Shown: piece by piece, positions 20,001-28,048 of the stretch
Numbering within the stretch: position 1 is the first letter of the stretch
Layout of the letters: every line of letters begins with the position of its first letter
Assembly: GCA_031363705.1 (NCBI GenBank)
Contig: JANLUX010000110.1
Location: forward strand, 1 to 49,956
Origin: Bacteroidota bacterium
Lineage (GTDB): Bacteria > Bacteroidota > Bacteroidia > AKYH767-A > OLB10
Direction of reading: 5' to 3'
DNA length: 49,956 nucleotides
The notes under the pieces: generated by a model
Seen by the model: the letters and a program-made list of their open reading frames with translations, nothing else
Told to the model about the DNA's origin: nothing
The model's database searches: none
Made by a program: the position numbers and the translations under genes

Positions 20001-20161
20001 AAAAAATCCCTGCGTGAAGTGGAAGTATCAGATGATGCCTTCTTTGAAACAACTTCGTCAAGCGGTAAATTTTCGAAGAACTCATTATCGCGTAAGCGGA
20101 CAAATTCCGGCTCGTTGCGAAGCTCTTCTACACCTTTCCAGTATTTTTTTTCCATACTCAC
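17072..20161 (-). CDS. actB: Alternative complex III subunit ActB (molybdopterin-oxidoreductase-like domain fused to a 4Fe-4S ferredoxin domain)
   Basis: 1029 aa. Tat signal SRRDFLKFLGFSVAAASLAAC. C-terminal Cys clusters: CIGCGACVVAC, CQHCNHAPCETVCP, CIGTRYCANNCPY. Confidence 0.9.
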   Translation of the reverse strand: MSMEKKYWKGVEELRNEPEFVRLRDNEFFENLPLDEVVSKKASSDTSTSRRDFLKFLGFSVAAASLAACEAPVNKAIPYVIKPEEITPGVPNYYASTYFDGNDYCSIIVKTREGRPIKIEGNEMSGVTKGGTNARVQASVLSLYDSARLKGPLANHKPAEWNTIDSEIKNKLGQVVASGKKIAIVSSSIASPTTKKVIADFSAKYPGTQHVVYDAVSYYGLIKGNELSFGKAAIPSYHFENADVIVSFGADFLANWLSPIEFAKQYAQNRKLRNKKNMSRHIQFEANLTLTGSNADNRYRVRASSMGSVIANLYNKIAGATGGAVVSATSTSVDKEINAVANELINAKGKALVVARSNDPNVQVLINGINSMLGSYGSTIDLNQPNMTRSSNDEGVGNLITDLNNGAVGAVILYNSNPVYTMPSFKDAMAKAGLKISFADREDESASFCDYVCPDHHYLESWNDAEPRKGMYSLTQPTIQPLFSTRQAQESLLKWADAPVADYYTYLQDAWKGNTYTMQTGISSYEAFWAKSLQDGVFETATAAAAAASFIGNVQDAASKIGKPSTGVEVILYEKTGIANGNQGNNPWLHELPDPVSKVCWDNYFAVGPVYAEKMGYKQGTVIEVKMGNVSIKGPVLLQPGMADETMAIALGYGRTKVGKAGDGVGVNAFPLVTMANGALKYFAAGVTVNKTVDDEYLLASTQMHHTMMGRAIVKETTLSEWNKNPRSGNPVLKIETPYGKKEPKHVNLWATEKNPGFPKENHFWNMGIDLNSCIGCGACVVACTAENNVPVVGKDEIMRSREMHWIRIDRYYSSDTTKENAQEKNLGKISMYSEMEKPTADNPEVVFQPLMCQHCNHAPCETVCPVVATTHSSEGMNMMAYNRCIGTRYCANNCPYKVRRFNWFRYNENEQFPFNQYDNLGKMVLNPDVVVRSRGVMEKCTMCIQRVQYGKLDAKKEGRRPKDGEIKTACSQACPTNAITFGDFNNDQSEVHELFNDPRSYHLLEELDTQPSVFYQTKVRNKKAGKEA

Positions 20162-20191
20162 TTTCTTGAATTAATAATTAACAATTAAAAA

Positions 20192-21418
20192 TTAATAATG
20201 GCAGCGTGCACACTCTAAGCCACCAATTTTATCAACTGTTATCTTAGCGTCTTTTCCGAATTTCTTTTTAAGGTCTTCGTGCAACTGAGTGTAATAACCA
20301 TTGCCTTCCATTTTTACTTCAGTGGTGCGATGACAATCAACACACCATGCCATTGTTAATGGTGAATATTGTTTCATCTCCTCCATTTCTTCTACAGGAC
20401 CATGACAGGTCTGACAATCTAATTTACCAACCACTACGTGTTGCGAATGATTGAAGTAAGCGAAGTCAGGTAGATTATGAACGCGAATCCATTCGATGGG
20501 TTTTGGATTGTTGCCATACTTCTGAGTGGAAGGATCATAATCCAACGCCTTGTAAATTTTGGCTATTTCATCTTTACCATACTTAGGACCTGACTGCACA
20601 TATTTATGACAGTTCATACAAACATTTAAAGTGGGAATGCCCGATGATTTTCCTTTTTCTGCAGAGCTGTGGCAATATTTGCAATCAATACCATTAGTAC
20701 CTGCATGTAATTGGTGCGAAAATTTGATGGGCTGATCAGGTTGATAATCCTGCGTGATGCCAATAGCTGCCAGCGCATACCACCCTTTCCAACTGCTCCA
20801 CACGAAAAACAATACCAGCAAAACAGCAATTAATTTCTTATGCTCGCGAATCCAGTGTTTATAATGTGCTTTGCCTTTTAAAACAATAGGTTCAGGTAAT
20901 CCTTCTTTTTCACGAACTACTTTTTCAAGCGCTTTCTTGGCTTTGTTTAATGCAAGGAAGATGATGACTAATAAAGCAGTGAGCACTAATAATCCCCAGG
21001 GGAATCCTTTGTCTTCAGCTTTTTCGGCACCAGGCGCAGTGGTAGTAGTAACAACAGCAGGAGCTTTTTCGCCTTCTGCCTTTACATACGCCAGAATGGC
21101 TTTTATCTCCTCATCCTTTAAGGAAAAGGTGGGCATTACAGCTTTATTATTGTCCTCGAAAAGTTTTACAGCATATGCATCCCCACTCTTAATAATTGCT
21201 TGAGAGTTATGGATCCATGGAATGAGCCATGCTTCTGTTCTGCGTTTATGAATATCTTTTAAACCAGGTCCAACAACTTTTGCATCACTTGTAGCATGAC
21301 ATTGCTTACAATTGGCGTTAAAGAGGTTTTCACCATTTGGTTGCGCTTGAGCGAACGCTGCAAACAGCAAAAAGGCTAAAAACAAAGAGAGTAGTTTTGC
21401 TGTAAACCGTTGAATCAT
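20192..21418 (-). CDS. actA: Alternative complex III subunit ActA, multiheme cytochrome c with an extra N-terminal class-I cytochrome c domain
   Basis: 408 aa with a signal peptide. Six CxxCH motifs (CKQCH, CKYCH, CMNCH, CQTCH, CVDCH, CARCH). Two TM helices separate the first heme domain from the five-heme domain. Confidence 0.85.
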   Translation of the reverse strand: MIQRFTAKLLSLFLAFLLFAAFAQAQPNGENLFNANCKQCHATSDAKVVGPGLKDIHKRRTEAWLIPWIHNSQAIIKSGDAYAVKLFEDNNKAVMPTFSLKDEEIKAILAYVKAEGEKAPAVVTTTTAPGAEKAEDKGFPWGLLVLTALLVIIFLALNKAKKALEKVVREKEGLPEPIVLKGKAHYKHWIREHKKLIAVLLVLFFVWSSWKGWYALAAIGITQDYQPDQPIKFSHQLHAGTNGIDCKYCHSSAEKGKSSGIPTLNVCMNCHKYVQSGPKYGKDEIAKIYKALDYDPSTQKYGNNPKPIEWIRVHNLPDFAYFNHSQHVVVGKLDCQTCHGPVEEMEEMKQYSPLTMAWCVDCHRTTEVKMEGNGYYTQLHEDLKKKFGKDAKITVDKIGGLECARCHY

Positions 21419-21489
21419 AATTTCATATTTTAGTTTTAGCGATGCCGGAAATTTTTTTTACCTATCACTGACACTTTTTTACAGGTGGG

Positions 21490-21497
21490 CAAATTTA
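21490..21497 (-). promoter_or_regulatory. Candidate Bacteroidota -7 box (TAAATTTG) for the act-cta operon
   Basis: The reverse complement of CAAATTTA matches TAnnTTTG. It lies about 72 nt upstream of the actA ATG. A TTTG lies 17 nt further upstream. Confidence 0.35.
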
Positions 21498-21629
21498 ACA
21501 GAAACATTATTCCAACAAAGGGATTTGAAAAAAAATAAGTTTACAATTGATGGTTGAAAGTTTTCAAAGAAAGATGCGAAAGAAAAATCAGTGATTACAG
21601 TGAATTAAAAATAAAAAATTAAGCAAAAA

Positions 21630-21656
21630 AAATCCCGGCTTTGTTTTAGCCGGGAT
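21630..21656. terminator. Rho-independent terminator downstream of the T9SS protein gene
   Basis: 10-bp stem AATCCCGGCT / AGCCGGGATT with loop TTGTTTT, flanked by A-runs on both sides. Confidence 0.75.
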
Positions 21657-21683
21657 TAAAAAAACGAATGATTTATAGTTGTG

Positions 21684-23582
21684 TTAGTTCTTAACGAATT
21701 TATTGCGGAATTGAAAATTGTTTCCACTTACCTCCAAAATATAAAATCCCGGCATTAACTCTTCTGTATTTAATTGTATCTCTGACTGCCCTGCTTCAAG
21801 GTCGGTGAAATCTTCTAATACAAGTTTTCCTGAAACATCATACACTACCAACCTTGCTTCTTTTCTTTCCTGAACTTCGATATTAATATAAAGCTGTTCA
21901 GATACAGGATTAGGATAAAGATTAATGCTGCCCTTATCCAATATTTGTTCTGAAAAACTTTCTCTCGCATTACTTCCTGCTCCAATTGTGTTTTGATTAC
22001 AGATAAGTATGGTTTGGTAATTCAGTGTTCTAGGAGTAAGTTTAGTTATGGTATAAGTAATAGAAGTGTCAATAAGTGTGGAAGTACCAGGGACATTTAA
22101 TTGTGCATATTGTGGCTGAATAAAACCACAATTGTTAGTACAACGGCAACCATTGAAATATGACTTTGCAACATAGCCATCGGAAATAACTGCACTCGCA
22201 GGATTTTGTGCACCACTGAATAAAGTAAAACCAGGACGAAATAAAGTGTTGCGGACAAAATCAATTCCATTGGCTGCAAACATATTTGCTCTTGCATACA
22301 GATATTGCGCAATTGGAAAACCATTAAAGTCTACTTTAAAAACAAGATTTCTAAGTGAGGCGAATCCTGCATCCTGACACCAGCCACTGATGTAATATTC
22401 TTCTATGCTTGCAGTATTAATACGTTCCACTACATCCATACCAAAGCTAGGAATAGGTGCACCGGTAACAGGATCTCTTGCAATAATTATACGTGTGCCT
22501 AACAAACCACCAATAATAGGAGTGAGCTTAATAAGTAAGGTATGCGGACCACCGGCAAGACCTGATGCAAGTCCGTTAGTATAACCAGTTACAATTAAAT
22601 TATTATCTCTTGACCATTTGATGGAACGGAAAACCACATCATCAGTACCAGCACCCGGAAAGGGAGAGTAATACATACAGGAGGTGATGTAATCACCATT
22701 GGGTTGAAGCCTGAGATAAAAACCATTAAGCTGAGCAGAAGATGCATCCTGATAAGTACCCACAACATGAATACCTCCCCAAAAGGAAGGTATGACAGTT
22801 GGATCAGATGGAGCTTCGGTTAAGCTGTATGCAATGCAATGTGCTGTGGGAGAACCTCCGCTATAAGTGGTGTCAATGTTAAATGTCTTAAACCAAAGTA
22901 CTGAGCCAAGTGTATCTACTCTGGCAACAAAAATATCAGTACGGACACTGGAGATACGTGCGGAACCACAGATGAGGAAAGTGCCACCTACTCCGGGTGC
23001 AGTTGACCTCCTGATGCAATTACCAGTTTCGGAAGCTCCTGCATGATCAATACTAATGGCTGACATCACATTACCTGTAGCACCCAACCGGGCAAATAAA
23101 ATATTTGCTCCACCTGCAACGCTTGCAGCTGTCTTTGTGTTATTAGTAACACTGCCGGTAATGCAATAGCCACCATTTTTTGCTACATTATCTACTTCTG
23201 CGATTGAGTGCGCCTCTGAATTGTACCATTTGGATGGCTCCGTTGACTTCCGGAATTCATAACCCCGGTTATTGAGAGAATTGCCTGCACGGTTATTACG
23301 GACAAAGCGAACACGATGCCCGTTATAAATAGTATCAGGCGAGGTGAACGGTGCGTAATTTGACAACGAAGTGCCAATTGCGGTTAAAAAATAATTATTA
23401 GTGTCGCCAGCGTTATAATTGACCTTAGTGCAAATGCCGTATTCGAAATTTTCGTTACGGTAAAGAGCTGGAGCGTAACTAAGATTATACTGCCGCTGCG
23501 CATATTGTGCCTGCAGTTGCTGAATTAAACCAGACATTATTGTTATAATAATGAGGATGCGGTTTGATAATGGTGTTTTCAT
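21684..23582 (-). CDS. Secreted protein of unknown function with T9SS C-terminal sorting domain
   Basis: 632 aa with a signal peptide. The C-terminus (INLYPNPVSEQLYINI...GFYILEVSG...) is typical of a T9SS CTD. Confidence 0.8.
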   Translation of the reverse strand: MKTPLSNRILIIITIMSGLIQQLQAQYAQRQYNLSYAPALYRNENFEYGICTKVNYNAGDTNNYFLTAIGTSLSNYAPFTSPDTIYNGHRVRFVRNNRAGNSLNNRGYEFRKSTEPSKWYNSEAHSIAEVDNVAKNGGYCITGSVTNNTKTAASVAGGANILFARLGATGNVMSAISIDHAGASETGNCIRRSTAPGVGGTFLICGSARISSVRTDIFVARVDTLGSVLWFKTFNIDTTYSGGSPTAHCIAYSLTEAPSDPTVIPSFWGGIHVVGTYQDASSAQLNGFYLRLQPNGDYITSCMYYSPFPGAGTDDVVFRSIKWSRDNNLIVTGYTNGLASGLAGGPHTLLIKLTPIIGGLLGTRIIIARDPVTGAPIPSFGMDVVERINTASIEEYYISGWCQDAGFASLRNLVFKVDFNGFPIAQYLYARANMFAANGIDFVRNTLFRPGFTLFSGAQNPASAVISDGYVAKSYFNGCRCTNNCGFIQPQYAQLNVPGTSTLIDTSITYTITKLTPRTLNYQTILICNQNTIGAGSNARESFSEQILDKGSINLYPNPVSEQLYINIEVQERKEARLVVYDVSGKLVLEDFTDLEAGQSEIQLNTEELMPGFYILEVSGNNFQFRNKFVKN

Positions 23583-23844
23583 GATAAGAGGTATTGGAAA
23601 TGGGTTACCCCGAAAATAAGCTTTTGAAAACCCAAAGTCAAGAAAAAGTATATATATAGCTGAACAATGGACAACTTATTTTTAGATTGAACGAAAATGA
23701 AAAACTTCATGTAGGGTTCAGCAATGAAAAAAAATGTGTGTTGGTAAAAAAATTATTTTTAAAATACCGATTACTGAAAAGGGCACAGGAGAAATTAATG
23801 AAATCTGTGCATCATCTTATAAATAAGAAAAATATGGAAACAAT

Positions 23845-23879
23845 AAACCCTGCCCTCTTTATTGGAGAAGGCAGGGTTT
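23845..23879 (-). terminator. Hairpin terminator downstream of the esterase/ATP-grasp operon
   Basis: Stem AAACCCTGCC / GGCAGGGTTT, 15 nt after the stop at 23894 on the minus strand. Confidence 0.6.
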
Positions 23880-23893
23880 AGATTAATGTGCAA

Positions 23894-24898
23894 TCAAACT
23901 TTTTCGGCTACCTGCTTTTTCTTGGCAGGAGCAGCTACTTTTTGAGCAATGCTTTTACCATTAGCAGCATTCTTTAAATAAGTTCCCCAGGTAAGATTAT
24001 CAGCACCATCTTTGTGATCTTTAGCTCTGCGAATACACATATTAGCAGCAGTTTCAATCACCCATTCAAAATTTTCTTCACCTACTGAGCTTACATCAGC
24101 ATCGGGAGCGGGATTGCAGAAGTCAATTGCATAAGGCACACCATCGCGAACAGCAAATTCTACTGTATTGAAATCGTAACCCAAAGCTTCGTTTAATTTC
24201 AAAGTGTAGTCGTGTATGAGATTGATGATTTTTTTATCATCATTAAAATGATTGTGAACATAACGAAGGTGATGCGGATTGCGTGGTTCATATTCCATGA
24301 TGCGGATATCTTTCTGACCAATGCAATAGCAGCGGTAGTAGGATTGAAATTCAATTTCTTCCTGCAACATCATCACCAATTTGCCGGTAGTTTGATGCGC
24401 CATGTAAAATTCATCGGCATTGTTAAGTTTATAAACACTTTTCCATCCGCCACCTGAATGTGGTTTCATGTAGGTTGGATAACCGGTGTATTCAAAAATA
24501 TTATTCCAGTCTAAAGGCATTACCAGGTTACTGAATGATTTTTCATTAGTATCATCAGGCCATTGATTGGAAGGAAGCAATACTGTTTTAGGAACAGGCA
24601 CTCCGATTTTCACTGCCAGGCAGTTGTTAAAAAATTTCTCATCAGCACTCCACCAGAAAGGGTTGTTGATTACCGCTGTTCCGCACAGGGCAGCATTTTT
24701 TAAATATGCACGATAAAACGGAACGTCCTGCGAAATACGATCTACTATCACATCATAGCCAGATGGCTCTGCCTGCATCACCTTGTCAATTTTTACTGAT
24801 TCAGCAAAAATATTTTTCTCATTTTTTTCATTGATGCGCTTAACCAATGCTTCTGGAAAAGATCGCTCCTGTCCATGTAAAATTCCTACTTTTTTCAT
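23894..24898 (-). CDS. ATP-grasp domain protein (glutathione-synthetase/RimK-like fold), substrate unknown
   Basis: 334 aa. I recognise the layout as an ATP-grasp ligase, with the central block GYPTYMKPHSGGGWKSVYKL and C-terminal FNTVEFAVRDGVPYAIDFCNPAPD. The tail is Lys/Ala-rich. Confidence 0.65.
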   Translation of the reverse strand: MKKVGILHGQERSFPEALVKRINEKNEKNIFAESVKIDKVMQAEPSGYDVIVDRISQDVPFYRAYLKNAALCGTAVINNPFWWSADEKFFNNCLAVKIGVPVPKTVLLPSNQWPDDTNEKSFSNLVMPLDWNNIFEYTGYPTYMKPHSGGGWKSVYKLNNADEFYMAHQTTGKLVMMLQEEIEFQSYYRCYCIGQKDIRIMEYEPRNPHHLRYVHNHFNDDKKIINLIHDYTLKLNEALGYDFNTVEFAVRDGVPYAIDFCNPAPDADVSSVGEENFEWVIETAANMCIRRAKDHKDGADNLTWGTYLKNAANGKSIAQKVAAPAKKKQVAEKV

Positions 24899-24952
24899 TT
24901 TGATTTTCTTTATTTTTTTATTGTTAAATTGCTATATGTTCTCTCTCTTTTT

Positions 24953-24980
24953 AAATCCTAAATCCCAAAATCCTAAATCC
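24953..24980. repeat. AAATCC stutter repeat in the esterase/ATP-grasp spacer
   Basis: AAATCCTAAATCCCAAAATCCTAAATCC lies immediately after the esterase stop codon (24986, minus strand). Confidence 0.8.
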
Positions 24981-24985
24981 TTTAA

Positions 24986-25699
24986 TCAATTAAGGTTCAT
25001 CCTGCCAAAGTAAGTAGGCAGCATTTCGCGCCATACGGGCCAATCGTGCACTGCGTTAGGACGAACATCTAACCAATACGGAATATTTTTTTGATTCATT
25101 ATTTCAGCCAGTCGCACATTTTGCGGAAGACAGAAGTCATGTTCACCCACACCTAACACGATGCCCATTTTGTATAAATGTTCATTGTTTAATCCCGGAA
25201 GGTAATCAACAGGGTTATTATAATATACATTGTCATCATAATAACCATCAAGGTGATTTTTAATATCAAAAGCTCCTCCCATACTAAAAACATAATTTAC
25301 CACTTCAGGATGGCGAAAAGCAAAATTGATGGCGTGATAGCCTCCAAAGCTGCAACCGGCAACTGCTACTTTTGATTGCCCGGTTTCATTCATTGCACGA
25401 TAAGCCACTTCTTCCAAAATCATCTTATCATAGAGAATATGATTAGCTATCCGGTAAGCGGGATGAATGAGATCATTATAAAAAGATTCATTATCAATAC
25501 TTGAAGGACAATAAATTTTTACCAGCCCCTTATCAATAAACCATGCAACGCTGTCAATCAATTTGAAGTCTTTATTCTGATGATAGCTTCCCATGGAAGT
25601 AGGATAGATGATAACAGGTTTGCCGCCATGGCCGAACACTTCCATTTCAGTGCTGACTCCCGTAATCGGGCTGTGCCATTTAAAATATTCTTCTTTCAA
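24986..25699 (-). CDS. Esterase-family alpha/beta hydrolase (esterase D / enterochelin-esterase-like)
   Basis: 237 aa. Nucleophile elbow GCSFGG. Downstream HDF and VHDW segments may supply the catalytic acid and His. Confidence 0.7.
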   Translation of the reverse strand: MKEEYFKWHSPITGVSTEMEVFGHGGKPVIIYPTSMGSYHQNKDFKLIDSVAWFIDKGLVKIYCPSSIDNESFYNDLIHPAYRIANHILYDKMILEEVAYRAMNETGQSKVAVAGCSFGGYHAINFAFRHPEVVNYVFSMGGAFDIKNHLDGYYDDNVYYNNPVDYLPGLNNEHLYKMGIVLGVGEHDFCLPQNVRLAEIMNQKNIPYWLDVRPNAVHDWPVWREMLPTYFGRMNLN

Positions 25700-25932
25700 G
25701 ATATGTTTATTTTAGGAAAAGGAGGGCAAAAGTAGGGTTTGCGATGTTAATATGCAATTTGTTTTTTATGTTCGCACCAAATTAACAGTACCAATAAACA
25801 ACATAAACACTTGCGGGAGTTCCATTCATCATCATTCAAATGTTTTTATAAACAATCGCAGATTTTTTGTTTTAGTAATTATTTGTTTCCTTTGCCACTC
25901 ATTAAAAATTTACTAATCGTATTCACACTACT

Positions 25933-27933
25933 ATGATTCAGAAATCTTTACGCCTCCTGCTTGTTTTTACAATGGCAGCAGTTACGGTGTTTGCAGCTAA
26001 AACACCTAAAGCACCAAAAAGTAAAACTCCAAAAGCTGACAGAGCGTTTAATACTGCACAGTATTACACAGCATCCAACCTTTATAAAAAGGCATATGCA
26101 AGGCTTAAAAAGAATGAGTATAAATCATGGGCTGCCTTCCGGGCTGGCGAATCTGCCCGCATGATGAATAATAATGTGGAGGCAGAAGATTTTTATGCCA
26201 AAGCAATTAAAGCCAAATACAAAGATCCGATTGTGTTATTGCGTCATGCAGATGCATTAAAACGAAACGGTAAGTATGCAGAAGCAATAGCTGAGTATAA
26301 TGCCTATAAAGCCAAGATGCCCGCGGATGCAAAAGCAGATGCAGGAATACAGGCAAGCACACAGGCACAGGCATGGAAAGATAAGCCAACACGTCATCGT
26401 GTTGAAAATATTTCAGATCTGAATTCGAAATACTATGATTTTGCTGTTGCTGTGAATCCTGAAATGAAAAACGGAATTGTGTTTACCTCATCGCGTGAAG
26501 AATCCAAAGGAACCAAGAATGATAATTGGTATGGAGAAAAATATTTTGATTTATTCAGTGCCTCCACTGATAACAATGGCAAATGGAGCACACCAACTAA
26601 TTTTCCTGGTCCTGTAAATTCTGAATACAGCGATGGATCAGTAACTTTTGATGCTACAGGTAAAACAATGTATTACACCACTTGTCCATCTTCAAAAGAA
26701 ATAAAAAATGTTCAGTGTAAAATAATGGTGACCAGCATGAAGGATGGAAAATGGGGTGATGCTTCATCATTGCCTGTTAATTCTGACAGCTACACTACTG
26801 GTCATCCTTCATTATCAGCTGATGGCAAGACACTTTATTTTGCAAGTGATATGCCGGGCGGAAGCGGAGGTAAGGACATCTGGATGAGCCGCTGGGATGA
26901 TGGATCATCTGCATGGGGCACAGCAACTAATTTAGGAACCGGAGTAAATACTGATGGTGACGAATTATTTCCATACATAGCTCCTAATGGCAAGCTTTAT
27001 TTTTCTTCGAATGGAAAGCCTGGAATGGGCGGACTTGATATCTTCAGTTCAGATAATAACAATGGCGTATTTGCTGAAGCATTAAACCTTAAATCACCCA
27101 TGAATTCATCAGCTGATGATTTTGCACTCTTTTTTACTGATAAGGACAAAGGATATCTTTCATCAAATCGCGATGGTGGAAAAGGGGCAGATGATATTTA
27201 CTCTTTCCTGATGCCGCCATTGGTGTTAAGTGTAGCTGGACGTGTTTATGATACAGATACCAAAGAAAGTTTAGAAGGTGCATTGGTTGAATTATTCGGC
27301 AGTGACGGAACTTCTTTAAGCGTTAAAACTGGAAGTGATGGAATATATCGTTATGATTTGAAAGAAAATGTGAAATATAAATTATCTGCTTCCTTTACAG
27401 GATACCTTACTAAATTCCATGAACTATCAACAGTAGGTTTGGAGGCAGATCAGTCATTTGAGAAAGATTTTGATTTCCCATTGAAGAATTCAACAAAAAA
27501 AATTACTGTTCCTGAAATATTCTATGACTTAGACAAAGCTACACTTCGACCTGAATCTAAGAAAGCATTGGATGGTTTAATCACAACATTAAATGAGAAT
27601 CCAACAATCACAATTACATTGTCTGCACATACTGATTACCGCGCAGACGATAAATACAATATGGACCTGTCAAAGAGACGTGCTAAAGCGGTTATGGATT
27701 ATTTAATTGCGAACAAAGTTCCTGCTGACCGACTCGCATCTGAAGGACGTGGTGAAACTGAACCGAAGGAAATTGAAAATAACGATGATTACCTTCCATT
27801 TAAAACGGGTGATGTTCTTACAAAAGAATTTATTGATAAGTTGGGAAGCAAGGATCTGATGGAAAAAGCGCATCAATACAATCGTAGAACGGAGTTTTTA
27901 GTTACTGGTACCACTTATGTGCCCAAACAATAA
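25933..27933 (+). CDS. OmpA-family protein with TPR, TolB-like (PD40) repeats and a CarboxypepD_reg-like domain
   Basis: 666 aa with a signal peptide. PD40-like repeats (DGKTLYFASDMPGGSGGKDIW, NGKLYFSSNGKPGMGGLDIF). C-terminal OmpA peptidoglycan-binding motif (TLSAHTDYRADDKYNMDLSKRRAKAV...GRGETEP). Confidence 0.85.
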   Translation: MIQKSLRLLLVFTMAAVTVFAAKTPKAPKSKTPKADRAFNTAQYYTASNLYKKAYARLKKNEYKSWAAFRAGESARMMNNNVEAEDFYAKAIKAKYKDPIVLLRHADALKRNGKYAEAIAEYNAYKAKMPADAKADAGIQASTQAQAWKDKPTRHRVENISDLNSKYYDFAVAVNPEMKNGIVFTSSREESKGTKNDNWYGEKYFDLFSASTDNNGKWSTPTNFPGPVNSEYSDGSVTFDATGKTMYYTTCPSSKEIKNVQCKIMVTSMKDGKWGDASSLPVNSDSYTTGHPSLSADGKTLYFASDMPGGSGGKDIWMSRWDDGSSAWGTATNLGTGVNTDGDELFPYIAPNGKLYFSSNGKPGMGGLDIFSSDNNNGVFAEALNLKSPMNSSADDFALFFTDKDKGYLSSNRDGGKGADDIYSFLMPPLVLSVAGRVYDTDTKESLEGALVELFGSDGTSLSVKTGSDGIYRYDLKENVKYKLSASFTGYLTKFHELSTVGLEADQSFEKDFDFPLKNSTKKITVPEIFYDLDKATLRPESKKALDGLITTLNENPTITITLSAHTDYRADDKYNMDLSKRRAKAVMDYLIANKVPADRLASEGRGETEPKEIENNDDYLPFKTGDVLTKEFIDKLGSKDLMEKAHQYNRRTEFLVTGTTYVPKQ

Positions 27934-27954
27934 TAATATTTGATTAACAAATGC

Positions 27955-27983
27955 AAAGAGCATTCCTTACCGGGATGCTCTTT
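27955..27983 (+). terminator. Hairpin terminator after the OmpA-family gene
   Basis: AAAGAGCAT...ATGCTCTTT stem followed by GTGTTT. Confidence 0.6.
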
Positions 27984-28000
27984 GTGTTTAAAGTCGTACA

Positions 28001-28033
28001 ATCCCTTCAAGGGTTTGAAACCCTTGAAGGGAT
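28001..28033. repeat. Perfect 16-bp inverted repeat (33-bp palindrome) upstream of purM
   Basis: ATCCCTTCAAGGGTTT g AAACCCTTGAAGGGAT. It ends 15 nt before the purM ATG. Confidence 0.9.
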
Positions 28034-28048
28034 AAAACAAGATATAGA

